A stretch of DNA of 64,000 bases from Octopus vulgaris (Eukaryota). Shown piece by piece: positions 56,591 to 64,000 of the stretch; the first letter of the stretch is position 1; the number at the start of each line of letters is the position of its first letter. The position numbers and the translations under genes are program-made. The stretch spans positions 9,486,001 through 9,550,000 of the forward strand of contig OX597835.1 in the NCBI GenBank assembly GCA_951406725.2, given 5' to 3'. The notes under the pieces were generated by a model that did no database searches, was not told the DNA's origin, and saw nothing but the letters and a program-made list of their open reading frames with translations.

Positions 56591-58330
56591 GGTACTATGT
56601 CAGTGTAAGCCTAGAACCAGGATATTCTAACTGAAATTTTGCCATATATTATTTAATTTTACCTGAATTAACTCCCTTTACAGCAACGATCCATTGCCCA
56701 TTAATGAGGACAATACCAGAAAAGAGTTTATGGATTGACAATATCCTCCAAGGTATCGGCCTCATCAAAAATGTCATAAATAAATGTCACCATCGAATGA
56801 TTGAATGAAATGTATGCAGTGTTTAGAAGAGATGTCATCCCGTCGGTATTCATACCATCCCAATATATATTTTAGTAAGTAAGGCTATTTTTGTCTCTGG
56901 TTTACATTAAAAAAGTATTCCGTGATTGCGGGTGGCAGTGGGTTAGTCAATCTTCCGATTGTACCAAGTAGACTAGCTTTTCCCGAAAATGCTTATATAT
57001 TCTGTCGGCTGCATCTCTTGAAAGAATTGTCACGTGGTGTAATTTGATTTGACAGAGCCAAAATGGATACAAAAAGGAATCTCCCTCCCTACTAATTCAA
57101 AGCCAGGACTTGAAACATTTTTATCGTCGGCGAAGGAATGAGAGGCAGGATTTGAACTCAGAACGTAGAGAGTATTGACGTATTGCATCCAACACTCTGA
57201 AATCCCTGCCAACACTTTGTCTAATGTACAACTGTTTAAAATCTAATTCAATAATTGCGAAATTTATACACATATGGCATTTATGTACAACGAGATCGAC
57301 TAAGGTATTCACTAGTGCATCGATCAACACGAAGCACTTGAGTGTCGGAGACAGGATAAGAACCTTGCTATTTTTGGTCAGGGAAGTGTGACAGGTAATA
57401 ACTTCTCAGATTAAATTTCTTTGGGAAATATAATCTAAAGAGTAAATGACGTCATACTGGGATTAGAATTGCAATCTCTTAATTTGTTTCTTTTTAACAT
57501 TTAGGAAAAGTTACAGAATGATTTCTCTCGTAACCACAAAAGAGCCAGACATAACACAAAACATATAGAAAGCATTATTCGGAATGTAAAGAAACTCCGA
57601 TTGAAATAATGATCATTTAAAAAATAAAATGGAATAATAAAAACAAAAGAAAAGAATGACGTACGATACCTTTCCGATAGCGGAAATATTTGACACAGAT
57701 TTTTTGTTATTTTAGTTGAATATGTTCATTGCTTCGCCTCAGTAGACGATTCGTTGGCAAGCTGATGACATTTTCCTTGTCACTAATAGATTTACAAGAG
57801 CGTTAAAATGTTTCAGACTACATAAACGAAAGCTTTTGGTAGTATTTTGCTCATTCTTAACAGTCATTATATTTGAAAATGAAGGTAAGTGCACTTGGGA
57901 ATGACTGCGAAAGAGCAAAAAAAAAAAGTTGTTAAAATGAAGATACAATACTGTAAGAAGGAGAAGGTAATAGGATATTGTGGCAGATTAACTTGTAGCT
58001 ACGTCACTATTAATAAACCAAAATGAAGCAAAGGCATTAAGTTTGCAAAAATGTTTCTGCTAGATATTTTACCAATCAAATGTTGGTGAAAATAATTCGT
58101 TGAAAATCTTTGTTCCTGTTCGTCATTGAAGTGATCATAAAAAGAACTTTTCTGATCTAAGGCAATAATAAACATGATTAATTAGGAAGAATATACCAGA
58201 ACGCTGAACAGAGAAGCTTTTTTCCCATCATAGAATTTGCACTGAAAGTAGAAATAACTAACCAAATCATCTCCTTATATTTAATATTTTCTAAACGTTA
58301 ATTGTTGGTTTGTGTGCGTGTGTGTGTGTA

Positions 58331-58398
<68 letters not shown>

Positions 58399-59064
58399 GA
58401 AGAGCTGTGTTATTTTAATTGATTCAAACTTGTAAGTGCACATTATTAATGAAATTGCTTTTGAACGAGACAAACCAATTTCATTTATTCTATATTTTGT
58501 TTCCTGTGAACGAAGCCAGATCTGCAAGTAATACCATGTTTTTAACTGATACATTAGTTTGCTCATTTACATGAATCCGTTGAAGCGAGCTAAAGAGAGA
58601 AGAACGTCAACGCAGCCGAAACAGCGACCAGAAATAGCAACCAAGCTTTGCTAAAATCCTACACTACTAACTTATAAAATGAATAAAATCATTTAAATAC
58701 GCATTTCCTAGACACCCTTACAAAACGTCGATTGGACACATCTTGAATGCGTTTATTTAAAATCGAGCAAATTTATCTGTTGACTAAACTACGACGAAGA
58801 CATCAACACGAACACAACAGCAACAACCAACATTTGTCGGCAGGAAATTTTATAATACCTGTTTATTGCTGTTACGTCAGTGGAAGGGAAATGGGTTTTG
58901 AACGGTTCCATCGCATCCTCAGTTTTTGGTATACAAGCTAGTCACAATCCATTTGCAGTTTCGAATCTCTGAAACCTCCGTCAGCAGAAGCATGAATATG
59001 CTCATGCGTATATATATATATACATATATATGTATATACACGTATATATATATTCTTGTTAACT

Positions 59065-59115
59065 AGCTTCCTGATGATTTCTCTTGAATGAAACAGTTCT
59101 AGTCCTGTAGAAGCT
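59065..59115 (+). ncRNA. Type I hammerhead ribozyme motif with canonical core
   Basis: agcttc-CTGATGA-tttc tctt gaat-GAAA-cag ttctagtc ctg-TA-gaagct; 6-bp stem I; AATAAA about 10 nt downstream; (TA)n on both sides. Confidence 0.78.
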
Positions 59116-59195
59116 CCTTCTATATAATAAATTAATTTGACTCTGCTATGTATTAGTACCTTATTTACTGTGGTTAACCCCGAATCAACCCGGGA

Positions 59196-59299
<104 letters not shown>

Positions 59300-59559
59300 T
59301 ATATAAATACACACATTTAAATACGCATTTCCTAGACACCCTTACAAAACGTCGATTGGACACATCTTGAATGCGTTTATTTAAAATCGAGCAAATTTAT
59401 CTGTGGACTAAACTACGACGAAGACATCAACACGAACACAACAGCAACAACCCTTATATGTATGTAATATATTTTACAAAATCTTCGAATTTTTACAGTA
59501 GGCTATAAACCAGAATCACGAAGACTATCAGCGGAATGCTATCATCTGATGACTCTAAG

Positions 59560-59990
59560 AGCAAAAGAATTCGAGGCAGAAAAGAATCAGCTGGAAACAA
59601 TATGGTGACTGGACTGTCATTTAGGATGCTCAAGGTTTGGTTCTGGTTGATTTCATGCCAAAGGGAGAAAGGGTCCACTCTGGAACCTACATTGTAACCC
59701 TTAAAAGACTTTAAGAAAAAATATGTAGTTGAACAAAATTATTCTTCAACACGACACACCAGGCCTGACTCAAGCCAAAGAAAAGGGAGTCAATCACCTC
59801 CTCGAGAGTCAACTTCATGGCATCTTCCCTACGCACTTGGAAATGAGAGGAACTGAGAGGCGAATATTTTGGTGATGATGAAGAAGTGATAAATAATGAA
59901 ATAGGCTACGTCAGAATTTCGCTGAATTTTATGAAGCTGGGATAAACGCCCCCACTCGTTGTGGGTCAATTGCCAATTGAAAGAGGTAGT
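59560..59990 (+). pseudogene. Highly decayed mariner transposase fragment
   Basis: tcagctggaaacaatatggtgact...tttaggatgctcaagg (SAGKVM..FWD..G-like), caacacgac..accaggcc (QHDNARP-like), FGDDEEV, FYEAGI. Confidence 0.55.
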
Positions 59991-61989
59991 GCTTCTGTTG
60001 AGAAGTAGGGCTGTGAATCGCTGATGTACGATATGAATGCGTTCCATATTTATTTTTTTATATAATTTCATTACATTTCGAATCATCTCCTATGTACATA
60101 CATTCATTCATACATGCGTACATGCGTATAATCGCGTACACAAATAATATATACTTAAAACACACACACGTGTGTATAGATATATAGATATATTTGGGTG
60201 TGTGTATGCATATATATAAATATATATATATACATATATATATACATGAATATATATGCATGTGTATCTATATGTAATTTATATATATTCATATATGTCT
60301 GTGAGTGTATTTCTCAAAATGTATATATGAACACACAGGTACAAATACGACATTCTTTTCACAAATGCACAGAATAACATTTCGACAAACATTAACATCG
60401 AAATCTCTGGAGCGTAACTAAGGATAACCAAGCCATAACAAAATCGAAAACAATTGCAGGGAAACAATATAAACTACAAGAAAATAAAGAACATTCCTAG
60501 GAAATTCTGGATAAACAGGAAATAAAACAAGTGAACGGAAGCAGGGAAAAACAGGATACGAAGAAGAGAGGAAACACTGAACCGAAACTAGGTACACAGG
60601 AATATTGAAAGATTTATTCATCAACTACATTAACTCTGAATGACATAAAACAAAATAGAACAAACGATTTCCAAATGAAACGACGACAAATATAGGTAAC
60701 ACCCTGAACACGTATGAACCACACTGACAAATAACAAATTTATATGTTAACCACCACAAATACGTCACAAGCATAATAAAAATTGAAAAATATTATTTCA
60801 AAAATATCATTATTAAGATCACACTCTGACAATCACAGGCATAGAAAAAGGTATCTAACGTAGTTTTCAGACAGTTCGAACGAGACACAAGTGGGAGAAA
60901 TTCAATTTAAATCCATAATCTACTTTGCAACTTGTATTGCTATTCTCTTCGAATTTCGTAGATTAAACAGAACTTTTGGACACACATTCACATACATCGA
61001 TTTTCTTTTTATCTCTAGAAACAGTCATCTTTATTTCTAGTGTAGGCCTATTCTACTGTGAATTCACTAAATTGGCAGGACATGCCTTGACGAATTAGTA
61101 TTGTTGGAAAAATTAAATATCTTTACGTTTCATATGATTCCCACTCAACATCAAATTGGTATCGAATATTGCCAGGGGCAATTTAAGAACATTAAACAAT
61201 AAGAAGCCATTTCCCTTTATCTGCCTCTGAATATTTCAAAAGTGCTGAAAGACGGAAGTAATAATGATGATATAAAATATTGCACAGTTTCAATAGTTCC
61301 GTTTATCTAGTGTCGATTCTTCACGGTTGCCATGTTAACTTTGAAAGTCACTTTGAATGAAAATAGTTTTTAACGCGATTCATTGGAGTTAAACCCTGAC
61401 ACAGGTTGTAAAAAGCATGGAAATCTGATGTTTCGTTTGTGACCGACTAAATATCATTAATGAGAAAGGGCACACGAGGTGAAAGATATCACATGACGTT
61501 CGTTAAAATATATATACAAATTTGACAAAGAAAGTTTACCATATTTCAGATGTTTTAGGCATATTTTGATGCTGAAATTCTCCGACTTTTTGAGAGTGCC
61601 GGATGCCCGAAAGCGTAAATATACTCCGGGAGAATACGTTGTGTATATATAAATATATAAATATAAAAAAATTCTTGATATGAAAATGCATTTGGAGACA
61701 AACACAAATTACATATGTGTTCATACGTGTGCACTGTGAGTGTATATATATATATATATATATCAAACTGAACAACAAGGATATTCAAGGTAGTGTAGTA
61801 CAATCGTTTCATGCTACTTCATTTTATTAAACAACGTGAGTATTACATCAGTTTTAAAATGTAAAGTAATCTTCAGCCACATATACAAATTTTTTAATTA
61901 AATGGACAATGTACATTTTTATACTTATTTATACTTATATATATATATATACACACACACATATATATATGTATATGTATGTATGTATG

Positions 61990-62065
<76 letters not shown>

Positions 62066-62429
62066 TTATATATATGTATATGTATGTATGTATGTATGTT
62101 TGTATGTATGTATGTATTTGAAAAAATGATTAGAAATGGGTTTTCTGATATTTCCATTTTAATAATTAGATGTTTATAAATTTAGAAGAGAAAACATCTA
62201 ATTATTAAAGTAGAAACATGATCAGAAAAATCATTTCTATTCATTTTTAAAGACATGCATGTATACACACACACACACACGTACGCACACACGCATTTTG
62301 ATATTACGAAACCAATAACCCGATGCAGTGATCAATATACGCGTGTTTCACGTGTATTGCCTGAATTTAGGCCGGTAATTTGAAAGAGAGAAAGCAAAGA
62401 TGTAAATGATTATGCCATGAACTACATCA

Positions 62430-62511
62430 GGTCTTACAGTTGTTTCTGCTATAAGATGCAGTGGGATCATAGTTGAGTGCCTGAATCACACTTTATACCT
62501 TCATCGGAGCC
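62430..62511 (-). ncRNA. Hammerhead-like motif (U4C) with long stem II insert
   Basis: Minus strand ggct-CCGATGA-aggtataaagtg...catcttatagca-GAAA-caactg-TA-agac; same core and stem III pattern as 10913. Confidence 0.5.
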
Positions 62512-62833
62512 TCGAATACGAAGTGCAATTCATCTCGGAAAGTTTAACACTCGTACCCATAAACGGAATGGCATCAACAAAGTTCATAAGATAATCCTTT
62601 ATTCCTTCCTCATCTCCCTTTCTTTATATACATACATATATACATAAAATATATATATGTGTATGTGTATGTGTGTGTGTGCGCGCGTGACGTGACTGCG
62701 TGTGTATTCGAGTGGTAATACATGCGCTAGCTGTGCGAAATTACATCATATGGGTTATGCCCCAAGATAGCAGGAGCGTTAAACTCACTGAATTGCATCC
62801 GATGGATGTTCAAACAAATCGCTCTCTCTCTCC

Positions 62834-63221
<388 letters not shown>

Positions 63222-63672
63222 GTATATAATATATATCACCTTATGTAACCACGCGTGTTTGCGTCGTTGAAACAACTGCAATTTTTTGTTATTTTTCGAT
63301 TTGTTTAATTTCTGAAATGCTAGTTTATAATGGAAGCCACATCATGCTTCAAGATATTGTTTATGCAAACAAAGCATAAATGTGGAGAAATCAAAGCAAA
63401 GAGCAGCAAAGGTTAGAACTGTTCTTAGCTTTTTACATTGAAATTTCCTCTTAAAATAATGAAAACAACTACAGCATAAATACGTACATATATTTTATGC
63501 ATCTCCATATACATATATAAATATGCATGCACCCACACACATTTCCCTACACATACACATACATACAAAAATACATACATAGATACATACACACAAACAT
63601 ACATACATACATACATACAAACATACATACAAACATACATACATACAAACATACATGCATACATACATACAA

Positions 63673-63715
<43 letters not shown>

Positions 63716-64000
63716 GTCTGTACATATATGTATAAATGCTTGTAAATTTGAATTAATAAATTATAATGGAGTTGACGGTCCAGTGAGTGGTGCTTGCTAA
63801 AAAAACAATAAAACTATAATCAGTCCGTCTATAGCTCAGTCAATTTTGTTTTGAATAGATACAACATTAGACTTGATACAGATATGTTTGGTGAACAACA
63901 TTTTTTTGTTTTTCACCGGGAAAAAGGTGTCGCCATATTAAAGTATTTGCTCTTCTCTGCTTGCAACCGCAACCGATTTAATTTTGTTTCTCTTTCCCTC

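Noticed and set aside
59546-59575. CTGATGA-ctc taa gag motif
   Set aside because: Lacks GAAA and stem I; borders the mariner fossil

Overview
AT-rich, microsatellite-saturated animal genomic DNA with no recognisable host exon. The repeat repertoire resembles octopod cephalopod DNA (inference from repeat recognition, not a database hit). Most listed ORFs are translations of simple repeats. Supportable features are one near-complete dead Tc1 element, two mariner fossils, 3' ends of three non-LTR retrotransposons, and about 20 tRNA-derived SINE copies, several with clean target-site duplications (TSDs). The most notable signal is about ten minimal Type I hammerhead-ribozyme (HHR)-like motifs from several unrelated short non-coding elements, mostly next to (TA)n tracts and resembling Penelope-like or retrozyme-like remnants. 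They include one with a canonical core (59065), one in a perfect 68-bp foldback (55917-56067), one with an apparent compensatory A3-U8 core pair (31391), and a four-copy family with a fixed A6U change. Several abut copies of nearby unique DNA. Also visible are modular SINE head/tail swapping, two candidate LINE-SINE tail partnerships, a self-primed SINE foldback, and empty/filled insertion-site pairs. All alignments and folds were done by eye.
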